DNA of 64,000 bases from Alphaproteobacteria bacterium. GTDB taxonomy: Bacteria > Pseudomonadota > Alphaproteobacteria > GCA-2731375. The notes under the pieces were generated by a model. The model had not been told where the DNA came from. It searched no databases and saw only the letters and a list, made by a program, of their open reading frames with translations. Numbering within the stretch: the first letter of the stretch is position 1; each line of letters starts with the position of its first letter. Shown piece after piece: positions 19,682-30,588 of the stretch. The translations under genes were made by a program, and so were the position numbers. The DNA is taken from the NCBI GenBank assembly GCA_965225945.1, contig CBDDBZ010000037.1, positions 288,001-352,000 on the forward strand, in the 5' to 3' direction.

Positions 19682-20898
19682 TCTTATGTCCTCTCCCCTG
19701 TCAAGCACGAACGCGGCCTTTCACCCGGCTCGTCACCGGGTGCTGGGTATCTGACGCCCGCTTTGGAAGGCAGCGGCGGGACGGCTTTGATCGACGGTCC
19801 ATCAAGCTCTTATCCGCGGATCGACTACCGCATGTCCCTATGTCCGATGGGGCTGTCCTGACTCTACAGACGGGCATCGGATGCAATCCTGCCCATAGCC
19901 AAGGAACGGGAGTTCCCCAAGTGGCCGCCACCGCCGCTGCCCACGCAAGCGGGCGTGTTGGTATTCGCCGCTCGGCGCGCGGCGATTTATGCCATCGGCG
20001 GGGGCACCATGCGGGCGATGGCCCAGACGTGCCCCGCCAGCTCCCGGGCCACCGCGGTCAGCACGGTGTTCTGGTGTTTGCCGCGCCCGCGCAGATCGCG
20101 CATGCGACGACACAATCGTATCTGCGCCTGCCAGGCCTTGTCGCGGATCGGCTCCGGCAGATGGGCTGAACGGGCGCGGATCGGGCTCGACTGGCGCGCC
20201 GGGTGACGATAGGTCCAGGCTGCCTCCACCAGGACACGGCGAACCATGGCGTTGCCCGACTTGGTGATCTTGCCCCGCTTGCGTCGATCACCGCTGGAAT
20301 ATTCCGACGGCACCAAGCCGACGTAGGCCATCAGATGGCCCGCCGTGGGGAAGCGCTGGAAGTCGCCGATCTCCGCCGCGACCATGGCGGCATTCTCCCA
20401 ATCGAAGCCGCGTAACGCCTGAAGGGCGTCCATGACCGGATACAAGGCCCAGCCGCCAAGGTGTTCCCGCAACTCCAGGCGCGCTCGCGCCAGCATCTCT
20501 TCCGCCCGTTCGAGACGGCCAAGCAATTCCGAATAGGTCAGCGCCAGAGCGCCGTGCTCGAACTTCTGATCCACCAGCCAGTTCCGGTGGGTCTTCGTCC
20601 AATGCGTCGTACCCGCCCGATACACCCGATCATGCATCAGGCAGAAGCCCAGGATCTGCTGCTTGGCCCGGCGCACGTCGCCCGCCGCCAGGTGGCGCAG
20701 GCGCACCAGCGCGCGAACCGCCTCGTGGCTCGCGTCGGGCACCCAGACCGCGGTCAACTGTCCGGCACGCAACAACGAAGCCAGGCTCAGCGCGTCCCGC
20801 CGGTCCGTCTTGACCCGGTCACCGGGCCGCTTGGGGATCAGCGAGGGCGCCACCACATCGCAGGTGTGGCCCCAGTCCAAAAGCCGGCGATGCAGGGA
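19682..20898 (-). mobile_element. IS110/IS1111-type element A, 5'-truncated copy
   Basis: Matches 43773-44989; fused to IS21 at a GGA microhomology. Confidence 0.92.
19754..19956 (-). ncRNA. Predicted bridge RNA of IS110 element A (second copy)
   Basis: Matches 44715-44917. Confidence 0.7.
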
Positions 20899-22696
20899 GC
20901 GCGCGTTCAACCGGCGCTTCGTGCAGATGTGTGGCCACTACCTGGTCGAACCGACAGCATGCACGCCGGGAGCGGGATGGGAGAAGGGGCAGGTCGAGAA
21001 CCAGGTCGGGATCATCCGCGGTCGGTTCTTCACCCCGCGGCTGCGCTTCAAGACCTACGACGAGCTCAACGCCTGGCTCTTGGACCAGTGCGTCGCCTAC
21101 GCCCGGCGTCATCCCCACCCGGTGTTCAAGGACAGGACTGTCTGGCAGGTGTTCGAGGACGAGCGTCCGTCCCTGGTCGGCTATCGCGGGCCGTTCGACG
21201 GCTTCCACGCGGTCCCGGCGTCGGTGTCGAAGACCTGCCTGGTGCGCTTCGACAGCAACAAGTACAGCGTGGCGGCGCGCGCCGTCGGCCGTCCGGTCGA
21301 GGTCCATGCCTACGCCGATCGCATCGTCATCCGCCAGGACGGCGAGATCGTCGCCGAGCATGCCCGGCGCTTCGGCCGCGACCAGACCGTCTATGACCCG
21401 TGGCACTACGTGCCCGTGCTGGCGAGGAAGCCCGGTGCGCTTCGTAACGGCGCGCCGTTCAAGGACTGGGCGCTGCCCGGCGCCCTGGGTCGCGTGCGCG
21501 TCCGGCTCGCCGGCCACGACGACGGCGACAGGCAGATGGTCGAGATCCTCACCGCCGTGCTGGCGGATGGGCTGGCGGCGGTGGAGGCCGCCTGTGCCGA
21601 GGCGCTCGCTGGCGGCGTGTGCAGCGCCGACGTCGTGCTCAACATCCTCAATCGTCGGCGCCAGCCGTCCGAGACGGCGCCGATCCCGACGCCCGCGAAC
21701 CTGCGTCTTCGCTTTGAGCCGGTGGCCGATTGCACCCGCTACGACCGCTTGAGGGGGGTCGGCCATGGAGCGCCATGAGGTCCTGGAGATGATGGCCGCA
21801 CTCAAGCTCGCCGGCATGCGCGACGCGTTCGACGAGGTGCTCGCCGACGGCCTCAAGCGCCAGCATCCGATGCAGCGAATCATCGGCGAGCTGTTGAAGG
21901 CCGAGATCGCCGACAAGCAGGCGCGATCCATCAAGTACCAGATGAGTGGCGCCAAGCTGCCGCTGGCCAAGGAGCTGGCCGACTTCGACTTCACCGACAC
22001 CCCGGTCAACGAGCCGCTGGTCCGCGAGTTGGCGGTCGGCGGCTTCCTGGCCAACCAGCGCAACGCCGTGCTGATCGGCGGCACCGGCACCGGCAAGAGC
22101 CATCTCGCCGTCGCCATCGCGCGGGCCTGCATCCGCGATGGCGCCCGGGGCCGCTTCTTCAACGTCGTCGACCTGGTCAACCGGCTCGAGGCCGAAGCCC
22201 GCGCCGGCCGCCAGGGCCGGCTCGCCGATCAGCTGGCCCGGCGCGACCTCGTCATCCTCGACGAGCTCGGCTACCTGCCCTTCGCCCAAACCGGAGGCCA
22301 GCTGCTGTTCCACCTCGTCAGCCGGCTCTACGAGCGCACCTCGATCATCGTCACCACCAACCTGACCTTCGGCGAATGGCCGTCCGTCTTCGGCGACGCC
22401 AAGATGACCACCGCGCTCCTCGATCGTCTGACGCACCACTGCGAGATCATCGAGACCGGAAACGACTCCTGGCGCTTCAAGAATCGGTCCTAAAGGCAAC
22501 CGATCCACCTGCCGCCCGGTCGCCCAGGTGGGCCCACAGGAACCTCCCACGCGCGGTCCGCCGCCAGCCGCGTGGTGGGCGCGTCGGCCCGCGCGCGGGC
22601 CCCTCCTATGGACTACCTGTACGACCTCCGCCGTGCATCCCCAAAGGGGTCAACATTGCACGCCGATAGGGGGTCAATGTTCAACGCCGATTGACA
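20896..22696 (+). mobile_element. IS21 copy 2 (5' part of istA deleted)
   Basis: Matches copy 3 from ERAFNRRF onward; right IR ends GATTGACA at 22696. Confidence 0.93.
21765..22493 (+). CDS. istB: IS21 helper ATPase IstB
   Basis: Same protein as the other copies. Confidence 0.95.
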   Translation: MERHEVLEMMAALKLAGMRDAFDEVLADGLKRQHPMQRIIGELLKAEIADKQARSIKYQMSGAKLPLAKELADFDFTDTPVNEPLVRELAVGGFLANQRNAVLIGGTGTGKSHLAVAIARACIRDGARGRFFNVVDLVNRLEAEARAGRQGRLADQLARRDLVILDELGYLPFAQTGGQLLFHLVSRLYERTSIIVTTNLTFGEWPSVFGDAKMTTALLDRLTHHCEIIETGNDSWRFKNRS

Positions 22697-23194
22697 GACC
22701 GGGACTACCTCGGCGACCGCCTCGGGGTCCCCGATGCCCCGCCTATCGCCTACCTCCCCGATCTGATCAGGCAGCGCGCCGCCTCAGCCTGAGTGCCCGG
22801 GGTTCTGCCCCTATTACTGAACCGAGTGTCCGAAGCTCGGATTTCCGGATGACTCCGGTCGCGGGTGGTCGACACCTGGTTTGTCGTGTTATGACCCATT
22901 TTCACCGTCCGCAACCGCTTAAGGCTCTGGTTCAGAGGCCGTCATCGAGCATCATTTGGATTATGGGCGCCAAAGCGGCCGGCTCGTTGAGAGTGCGATT
23001 CCGACCGGAGGTTACTTCGGCACCGTCCTCCATCCCGTCGCCGTCATCGAGGCGGTCGCCAATTCAGCTTGCCGGCCGAACACGCCCTTCTCGGAGCCAG
23101 CTGGCCTGTCGACGAACTGGCGGAGGAGATGGCCTGCTGGCAGGTTGGGCACAGGGATGGCAGACTTTCCCAATACTTGCCCAAGGAAAAGCAG

Positions 23195-24397
23195 ATGTCT
23201 GCCAAGCTCCTCTCGCCCTTCGTTCTTCGCGGGGTCACCTTGCCCAACCGGATGGTCGTCTCGCCGATGCAGATGTACATGACCGGACCGGACGGACGTT
23301 ACACCGACTGGCACATGGTCCATCTGGGGAAGTACGCCATCGCACGTTTTGGCACCGTCTTCACGGAGGTGTTATGCGTGGAGCCGCGCGGCCGCAGCAC
23401 CTATTCCGACGCTGGCATCTGGTCCGACGATCATATCCTGCCCTTGAAGCGCGTCGCCGACTTCATCCGGGCACAGGGCTCGGTGCCCGCCGCACAGATC
23501 GGGCATTGCGGGCCCAAGGCGTCGCGCCAGCGCCCCTTCGAGGGGTTGCAGCCGCTTGGCCCCACGGATAACGCGCGTGGTGAGCCGCCGTGGCAAGCGG
23601 TAAGCGCCACCGCCGAGGCCTCGGCGCCGGGCTATCAGACTCCACATGCTCTGACCATTCCCGAAATCGAAGCGCTTGTGGCGGCCTTCGGCGAGGCCGC
23701 GCGACGCTGCGACGAGGCCGGTTTCGATGTGCTCGACGTGCACGCGGCGCACGGCTATCTCATCCATTCCTTTCTTTCGCCGATCGGCAACAGGCGCACC
23801 GATGCCTATGGCGAGGACCGCGCTGGGCGCAACCGGTTCGCGCTCGAGATCGCCGAAGCGCTGCGCCGTAACTGGCCGGAGGACAAGCCGATCCTGTTCC
23901 GTCTCTCCTGTATCGATCGGGTGGAAGGCGGGCTAGAGATCGAAGATACGGTGGCGTTGGCCCGAGAACTGCAGTCGCGCGGCATCGATGCCATCGACTG
24001 CTCGTCGGGCGGCATCAAGGGCCCGAATTCGCTCTTCAGCCTTGCCGCCAAGGGGCCGCCCTCGCCGGGTTTCCAGGTTCCGCTGGCCTATGCGGTCAGG
24101 CAAGGCACCGAAATGCCGACCATGGCGATCGGTATGATTGTGGACCCGCACCATGCTGAAAAGATCTTGCGGGACGGAAAGGCGGATCTCATCGCCATCG
24201 CTCGCGAGGCGCTCTTCAATCCGCACTGGGCCCTGCATGCGGCCCACGTGCTCAGCGAGGAGCTGACCTTCGATGCTTGGCCACCCAACATGGGCTGGTG
24301 GTTGGAGGTTCGCCAACGCATGTTGACATCAAGCGACCCGAAGGACTGGCGGATCGGTCCAGCGGCCGCAAACGCGCCCATACGAGCGACCGATTGA
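23195..24397 (+). CDS. NADH:flavin oxidoreductase (Old Yellow Enzyme, YqjM/NamA-like)
   Basis: LPNRMVVSPM, AAQIGH, HAAHGYLIHSFLSP, NRRTDAYG, DCSSGG, IAREALFNPHW; AGGA RBS. Confidence 0.93.
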   Translation: MSAKLLSPFVLRGVTLPNRMVVSPMQMYMTGPDGRYTDWHMVHLGKYAIARFGTVFTEVLCVEPRGRSTYSDAGIWSDDHILPLKRVADFIRAQGSVPAAQIGHCGPKASRQRPFEGLQPLGPTDNARGEPPWQAVSATAEASAPGYQTPHALTIPEIEALVAAFGEAARRCDEAGFDVLDVHAAHGYLIHSFLSPIGNRRTDAYGEDRAGRNRFALEIAEALRRNWPEDKPILFRLSCIDRVEGGLEIEDTVALARELQSRGIDAIDCSSGGIKGPNSLFSLAAKGPPSPGFQVPLAYAVRQGTEMPTMAIGMIVDPHHAEKILRDGKADLIAIAREALFNPHWALHAAHVLSEELTFDAWPPNMGWWLEVRQRMLTSSDPKDWRIGPAAANAPIRATD

Positions 24398-25382
24398 GGT
24401 CGTGGTCACATCTGCGCTGTGTGACCTCGGACATGGTTGAAGTCTAGCGAAGCCGGTGAGGTGCAGGAATAGCCTGTGGCTCGTCAGAACCCCATCTGCC
24501 GCAGAAATCATAGCGTTTCCGGCCACTGCCGACTACCGTCGTCGGCATGCAAGCGACCATCATGATTCTCTCCACCACGCTGCGCGAGACCTTCCTCAGC
24601 CGCGCGTCGCTACACCTGCAAAACCTCGCCCTCCGCCAGCAGGTGGCAATCCTGAAGCGGGAAAGGCGACGGCCGCGGCTCCAGACGCTCGACCGCTTGT
24701 TCTGGGTCATCCTTTCCCGCCTTTGGCCGCGCTGGCGCGAGGTGCTGGTGATCGTAAGGCCGGAAACCGTCATCGGCTGGCACCGGAGGGGATTTCGTGC
24801 ATTCTGGACCTGGAAATCCAGGCGCGGCAAACCAGGACGGCCTCCGGTGCCCAAGGATGTCCGCGAACTCATCCGTCGAATGTGTCGGGAGAACCCCTTG
24901 TGGGGCGCTCCTCGCATCCACGGCGAACTCATGAAGCTGGGAATCGAGGCATCGGGGGCGACGGTATCGAGGTACATGGCGCGGCATCGAAAGCCACCGT
25001 CGCAGACGTGGCGGACGTTCCTCGACAACCACGTCGGCTGCCTCGTCTCGGCCGATTTCTCTGTGGTGCCGACGGCCACGTTCGCCGTTCTGTTCGTCTT
25101 CATCGTGCTGCGCCACGAACGGCGGCGCATCGAGCACGTCGGTGTTACAGCACACCCGACCACGGCGTGGGTGGCGCAGCAGATCCGCGAGGTCTTTCCG
25201 TGGGACACGGCACCACGGTATATCATGCGTGATCGGGACGGGGCGTACGGTCAGAAGTTTCGGGAGCGGTTGAAGGCGATGGGCATCGAGGAGGTTGTGA
25301 CGGCGCCGCGAAGCCCATGGCAAAATCCGTTCGTCGAAAGGGCAATCGGTGTATCGCACCCGGTTCCTTGGACACAAGTTTG

Positions 25383-26460
25383 CGTCCCTATCCGGTTAAG
25401 GCAGGCAGCGCTCCCTGCGATTGTATACCGTCGACCAGTTCCCTGTAGGTGATGGTCGGTCGGGTCATGGCGCGGTGCAACACGAAATCGGCAAGGTCGA
25501 AGATGCGTTTGCGCCGGTTGAAGCGGTAGTTCCATTCCCGGACGTAGCGCGGCAAATGCTTGGCGCTCACCCCGTGGTAGGTTCCGTTGAGCCACGTCTT
25601 CACGTTGGAAAACAGGACATGGACGACCGGCATGAGCTGCTCGGCGTTCTTGCCTTGGCCTTGAACGACGGGCTGGTGGCGATAAGTATCGCCAAGCTTG
25701 GCGTAACTCTTGAAAGCGTCGCTGTCGAGGCGGCTTCCCGGCTTCACCGAGGCGCGCACGAAGTCGCCCAACTCACGGGCGGTGGCCTCGGGCAGGATGG
25801 CGAGCCGCGCGGCGCCGGCGGCGAAGCCGCTCCCCTTGATGCCCTTGCCCGACCCGACCGGCCACTTCTCGACCGCCATCACCAACAGGCTCTTGTTCGG
25901 GTTGGAAAGCCCGCGCCCCCGGCTCTCCGGCTTGCCCCGCCCGCCGTAATAGCTCTCGTCGACCTCGACCAAGCCCTCCAGCGGGAACTCCGGGCGCTCC
26001 GTCAGGGCATGGCGCAGCTTGTGGGCCATCAGCCAGGCGGTGTCGTAGCGCAGGCTCAACTCTCGCGACAGAAACAGCGCCGAGACCCCGCGCTTGTCGC
26101 GCCCCATCCACCACGCCGCCAGGAACCATTTGCGCAACGGTGTGCGGGTGCGGTGGAAGACCGTGCCCGCGGTCACCGATTCCTGATGGCCGCAACCGGC
26201 GCATTCGAAGACCCGCGGCCGCGTCTTCAATTGGTAGTTCCGCCTCTCGCCGCAACGCGCGCAGACGTAGCCTTGCGGCCAGCGCAGCCGAGCCAGCGCC
26301 TCGATGCAGTCCGCCTCCGATCCATGGCGTTCGAGGAACTCCAATATCCCGCTCATCGAATAGTCCTCCAAAAGCTCCAGCCGATGCGATCAGCCTACAC
26401 CTCTATGGAGAACATATCAAGAACATTCGGAGCCCATCCTGCTTTAACCAGATAGGGACG
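25383..26460 (-). mobile_element. IS1595-family element nested in the end of the IS3-like element
   Basis: IR CGTCCCTATC(C/T)GGTTAA; 8-bp TSD CAAGTTTG. Confidence 0.92.
25388..26371 (-). CDS. IS1595 transposase
   Basis: RWPQGYVCARC, CAGC, VEVDESY, YVREWNYRFNRR. Confidence 0.93.
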   Translation of the reverse strand: MEDYSMSGILEFLERHGSEADCIEALARLRWPQGYVCARCGERRNYQLKTRPRVFECAGCGHQESVTAGTVFHRTRTPLRKWFLAAWWMGRDKRGVSALFLSRELSLRYDTAWLMAHKLRHALTERPEFPLEGLVEVDESYYGGRGKPESRGRGLSNPNKSLLVMAVEKWPVGSGKGIKGSGFAAGAARLAILPEATARELGDFVRASVKPGSRLDSDAFKSYAKLGDTYRHQPVVQGQGKNAEQLMPVVHVLFSNVKTWLNGTYHGVSAKHLPRYVREWNYRFNRRKRIFDLADFVLHRAMTRPTITYRELVDGIQSQGALPALTG

Positions 26461-26470
26461 CAAGTTTGTC

Positions 26471-27382
26471 TCATGCGGCGGGCCTGAGTGACATCGCGGT
26501 GTGCCACGCCTGACGAGCTTGAGCGGGGCTCAGGTAGCCGTTCTTCTCCACGATCCACTGGGCATTGTACTGTTCGACGAACCCGCGGACGGCGTTCCGC
26601 AGCTCCGCGATGTTGCGGTAGATGCGGCCATGGATGATCTGTTCCTTGAGCGTGCGATTGAACCTCTCGGCGACGCCGTTGGTCTGGGGCTGTTCGACGA
26701 AGGCGTAGGACGGCTGGATGCCCCAGAACTTGATCTGGTTGGTGAAGTGGTCCGACAGATACTGGGAGCCGTGATCCATCCGCAAGGCCAGCCCCCGCGC
26801 CGCACCGGCGGAGGTCGAGGCATACAGCCTCGCAAGCCCCATGGAGATCGGCTGAAGGGCGGCGAAGCGGTCGCCTCGCTTGCACACATGCCAGCCGACG
26901 CACTCGGCGTTCCAATGCTCGATGGCGGTGAATATCCAGCCCCAGCCGTCGTCCACCGTGAACACCCGAACGCCGTCCGTGCCCCACATGAGGTTGGGGG
27001 CATGGGTGATGATCTCACCGACATGGGGATTTCCGCCACGGCGGCGGCAGCGATGGGGCGAGAGCAGGTTGTTCTCGCGCATCACCCGGAGCACCCGCTT
27101 GCGGGAAACACGGATGCCACGACAGACCCGAAGCCGAGCCCAGACCTTGCGGTGTCCCTCGCCCTCCCAGGGGGATGCCTCCAGGTCGGCCTCGATGGCC
27201 ACCAGCAGAGCCTCGTCCGAGATCGAGGGCTTCGGTCCCCGGCGCTTTGCTGGTGGGCGCTCAGCGGTGGCCTGCTGCCGGGATTTCATGGCGTAGAACG
27301 AGGAACGGGCAAAACCCCAGGCCGCACAGACCCGCTGGAGGCCGTAGGCCAAACCCGTGCCGGGAGAGGTGGCGGCACTCAT
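26471..27382 (-). CDS. IS3-like transposase OrfB (DDE)
   Basis: WGTD, DHGSQY, PQTNGVAERFNRTLKEQ. Confidence 0.9.
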   Translation of the reverse strand: MSAATSPGTGLAYGLQRVCAAWGFARSSFYAMKSRQQATAERPPAKRRGPKPSISDEALLVAIEADLEASPWEGEGHRKVWARLRVCRGIRVSRKRVLRVMRENNLLSPHRCRRRGGNPHVGEIITHAPNLMWGTDGVRVFTVDDGWGWIFTAIEHWNAECVGWHVCKRGDRFAALQPISMGLARLYASTSAGAARGLALRMDHGSQYLSDHFTNQIKFWGIQPSYAFVEQPQTNGVAERFNRTLKEQIIHGRIYRNIAELRNAVRGFVEQYNAQWIVEKNGYLSPAQARQAWHTAMSLRPAA

Positions 27383-27810
27383 CGCCGCGACCTCCGCCGC
27401 CCCAAAGGGCCGGACGTCTCCGTCTTGGCCTCCAGCAGTTCCACCTGCATGATCAACTCCCCGATCCGCTTCATGGCGATGTCCAGTTCCGCCTTTACCG
27501 GATCGCCCTTGCGTTCCTTGAGCGAGGCATCGATCCCGGCGATCGCCTTCTCACGCCACTGCTCGAGCCGGAAAATCTCCACGCCCAACTGCCGCGACAA
27601 AAGTTCCACCGGCTCGCCACGCAAAAGCCGCAGGGCAACCTCACGCTTGCGCGTCACCGTCCACCGCTGGCCAAGTCCCAGCGGGCCTGCCGGCGAAACC
27701 TGGCCCGGGGAAAACGTGGACGAGCCAAGCTCGCCCTCGTTTACCACAGGCCCATCAACAGCAACTTTGTTCTCAAAATTGTCGGTCATGTTCCGGTCCT
27801 CCTTGGACAC
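27379..27810 (-). CDS. IS3-like OrfA (HTH and coiled coil); start may be 27789
   Basis: RKREVALRLLRGE...LSRQLGV; ATGA overlap with OrfB. Confidence 0.85.
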   Translation of the reverse strand: MSKEDRNMTDNFENKVAVDGPVVNEGELGSSTFSPGQVSPAGPLGLGQRWTVTRKREVALRLLRGEPVELLSRQLGVEIFRLEQWREKAIAGIDASLKERKGDPVKAELDIAMKRIGELIMQVELLEAKTETSGPLGRRRSRR

Positions 27811-28094
27811 TTCGATTAAACCAATTCTGTGTCCAAGGAAATCGGGTCCGACTCAGAAAGGGCAATCGGCTCGATCAGGCGAGATTGTCTGGACCACGTC
27901 ATTGTTCTCAACGAGCGCCATCTCCGACAGATTCTTTGTTCCTACCTCGCCTACTACCACGGGTCTCGCACGCACTTGGCGCTCGGGAAGGATACGCCCG
28001 ACGGACGGTCCGTCCAGTCGGCCGACGGCGGAAGGGTGGTTGCGTTTCCTCGAGTTGGAGGACTTCATCACCGGTACGAGCGCCTCGCGGCCTA

Positions 28095-29266
28095 ATACCA
28101 ATCGGCCTTGAGGGAGACTCACTTTGAGGATTCCCATGGTGGATGATTTCTGACTCAATTCCGGTGATTCGGAGTTGAGGAGGTTCACCATGGGAGCGGC
28201 GATCGGGTTACGAGAGGATTTCGATGCGGCGGAGCTGCGTCGCTTGGCGAAGCTTTCCAAGGATGCCGGCCAGAGCCGCCGGCTCTTGGCTCTCGCGGTG
28301 ATCTATGACGGTGGGCGGCGGACGGATGCGGCACGGACCGGCCACGTGGGGCTTCAGGTGATCCGAGATTGGGTGTTGCATTTCAACGCCGAGGGCCCGG
28401 ACGGCTTGATCGATCGCAAGGCGCCCGGTGCGGTGGCGAAGCTCGACGATGCACAACGCCAGGCGCTGGGGGCACGCGTCGATGCGGGGTCGAACCCGGC
28501 GGTCGACGGCGTGGTGCGCTGGCGGCTGAAGGATCTGGCGGGCTGGATCCGGGATATGTTCGCGATCTCGCTCGACGAGACCACGGTGAGCCGGGAATTG
28601 AAGGCGATGGGCTTCACGAAGATGACGGCGCGTCCGCGCCACCATGCCCAGGAGGAGGGCGTCATCGAGGATTTTAAAAAAAATTCCCCGAGCTGGTGGC
28701 GCAAGCTCGCCGGCGCCTGCCCGACGGCACCGAGATAGAAATCTGGTGGCAGGACGAAGCCCGTGTCGGCCAGAAGAACAAGATCACTCGGCGCTGGGCG
28801 CGGCGCGGAACCCGGCCCCGCGCACCGCATGACCAGCGCACCAAATCAGCCTATATCTTCGGCGCCATCTGTCCCGAACGCGGCGTCGGCGCCGCCCTCG
28901 TGCTCCCCCACTGCGACACCCAGGCCATGCAGCTGCATCTGGAGGAGATCTCCTCCCGGGTAGGCGCGCGCGCGCATGCCCTCCTGCTCCTCGATCAGGC
29001 GGGTTGGCACACCACGGACAAGCTGAAGATCCCCGCCAACGTTACCCTCCTGCCCCTGCCACCACGCTCGCCGGAGCTCAATCCGACCGAAAACATCTGG
29101 CAGTTCATGCGCGACAACTGGCTGTCCAACTTGGTCTTCCAATCCGACGAGCAGATCATCACCTCCTGCTGCGAAGCCTGGAACAAGCTCATCGATCAAC
29201 CATGGAACATCACGTCCATCGGGCGGCGTAAATGGGCGCATGAGTTCTGATTAATGCCGATTGGTA
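28095..29266 (+). mobile_element. Intact IS630-family element; transposase 28190-29250 expressed through a -1 frameshift
   Basis: TA duplication, inserted in the host stop codon; TACCAATCGGC IRs; TTTTAAAAAAAA at 28672-28683; QDEAR, LDQAGWH, PELNPTE. Confidence 0.93.
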
Positions 29267-30588
29267 TAAGGACCGACAACGGCATTTGCCCCAGGAGGTG
29301 CTGCTAGAAGCGAGCGGCCCGTCTCCGCTGCGCCGACACCGTTGAGAAAAAGAACACAGCGCCAACATTCAGCTTGTGCATATCGGCCGATGCGACCGTT
29401 GCAATCTTTCCGCCGGGTCCAACGACCGACACTGTCGCCCGGGTCGTTCGTCTCGGATCCGGCCGCGCCGCAGAATAGGATTTGAGGAACGACAATCGTT
29501 TTGGATCGTCTCCAAGCGCGCGATATTGATCTATCGCTATTCCGGCAATCCTGCTTTGCGCAGGCTATCGAGCAAGCTCTTCAAAGTCGTTTCATGCATG
29601 CCGACAAAGCGGTCGCGTAGGACTCCGATCGAGAGAGTCGGTTGGAGCTGCAAGGCTTTTTCAATCGCCCTCTTTGCCTCACTAGCTTGCCCAGCTTCCA
29701 CCAATGCCGCTGCGAGATGCATGTAGGGCCAGTAGCCGGAGTCGGGGAACTGACAGGCTTGCCGACAAATTGCGATGGCCTCATCGTGGCGACCGAGAGC
29801 GCGTAGCGCCAATCCTTTGAGCACGAGTGTCGCCCAGCGCAAAGGATCGCGCGGGCTGAGCCGAAACGCGGTATCGAAATGTGGGAGGGCTTGCTCCGCT
29901 TGGCCGGCACCATAGTGGGCAGCAAAGCCGAGGCCATGATGGCCCCAGACGAAATTGGGATTGATCGCAAGCGCGTTCTGCATTTCGCCAATCGCCATTT
30001 CGACTTCACCGGTGAAGACATGCACCCGTCCTAAGACGAAATGCGCCACCGGTTCGTTCGGATCGAGAGATACCGCCTGTTCGGCCTCCGCTCGCGCAGC
30101 TGCCGCAGCTTTTGCCGTATCCTCAGCGTAGCCGTAAAACACCGAGGTCCAGAGAGCATAAGCGAGGTAAGCATGGGCAGCCGCGAATCCCGGGTCCAGG
30201 GCGGTCGCCTCCCGGAATAGGCGTATGGCCTCGGCGTGATCGGTCTTGTTGACGCGATCGAAATGCGACTGGCCGCGTTGCACAAGCTCCCAGGCATCGA
30301 GACTTTCCGGCGGCTTGCGTCGGGCGCTTTCGCGCTCGCGTGCCCCGATCTCCGGCTCGACCGCGCCCACGATCTGTTCGGTGATCTGGTCCTGCAGATC
30401 GAAGACGTCATCCAGACTGCCGTCGAAGCGATCCGCCCAGAGGTGGTTACCGCTGGTCGCATCGATCAGCTGCGCACTTATACGCACGCGGTTACCCGCC
30501 TTGCGGACGCTGCCTTCGACGACATAGCGCACACCCAGTTCGCGCGCTACCTGAGTGATATCGACGGCACGGCCTTTGTAGGTGAATG

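Larger units (their letters stand above)
25350..27855 (-). mobile_element. IS3-like two-ORF element with a 14-bp TSD
   Basis: IRs TGTATCGCACCCGGTTCCTTGGACAC and TGAGTCGGACCCGATTTCCTTGGACAC; GAAAGGGCAATCGG duplicated at 25336-25349 and 27856-27869. Confidence 0.88.
24475..29494 (+). mobile_element. IS481-like (rve integrase-core) element hosting three nested IS
   Basis: Imperfect TGT...ACA IRs; transposase split into 24547-25349 and 27870-28095 (ENPLWGAPRIHGEL, RDRDG, PWQNPFVER|AIGSIRRDCLDH). Confidence 0.8.

Noticed and set aside
22697-23190. Gene upstream of the flavin oxidoreductase
   Set aside because: No recognisable motif in any frame; probably remnants
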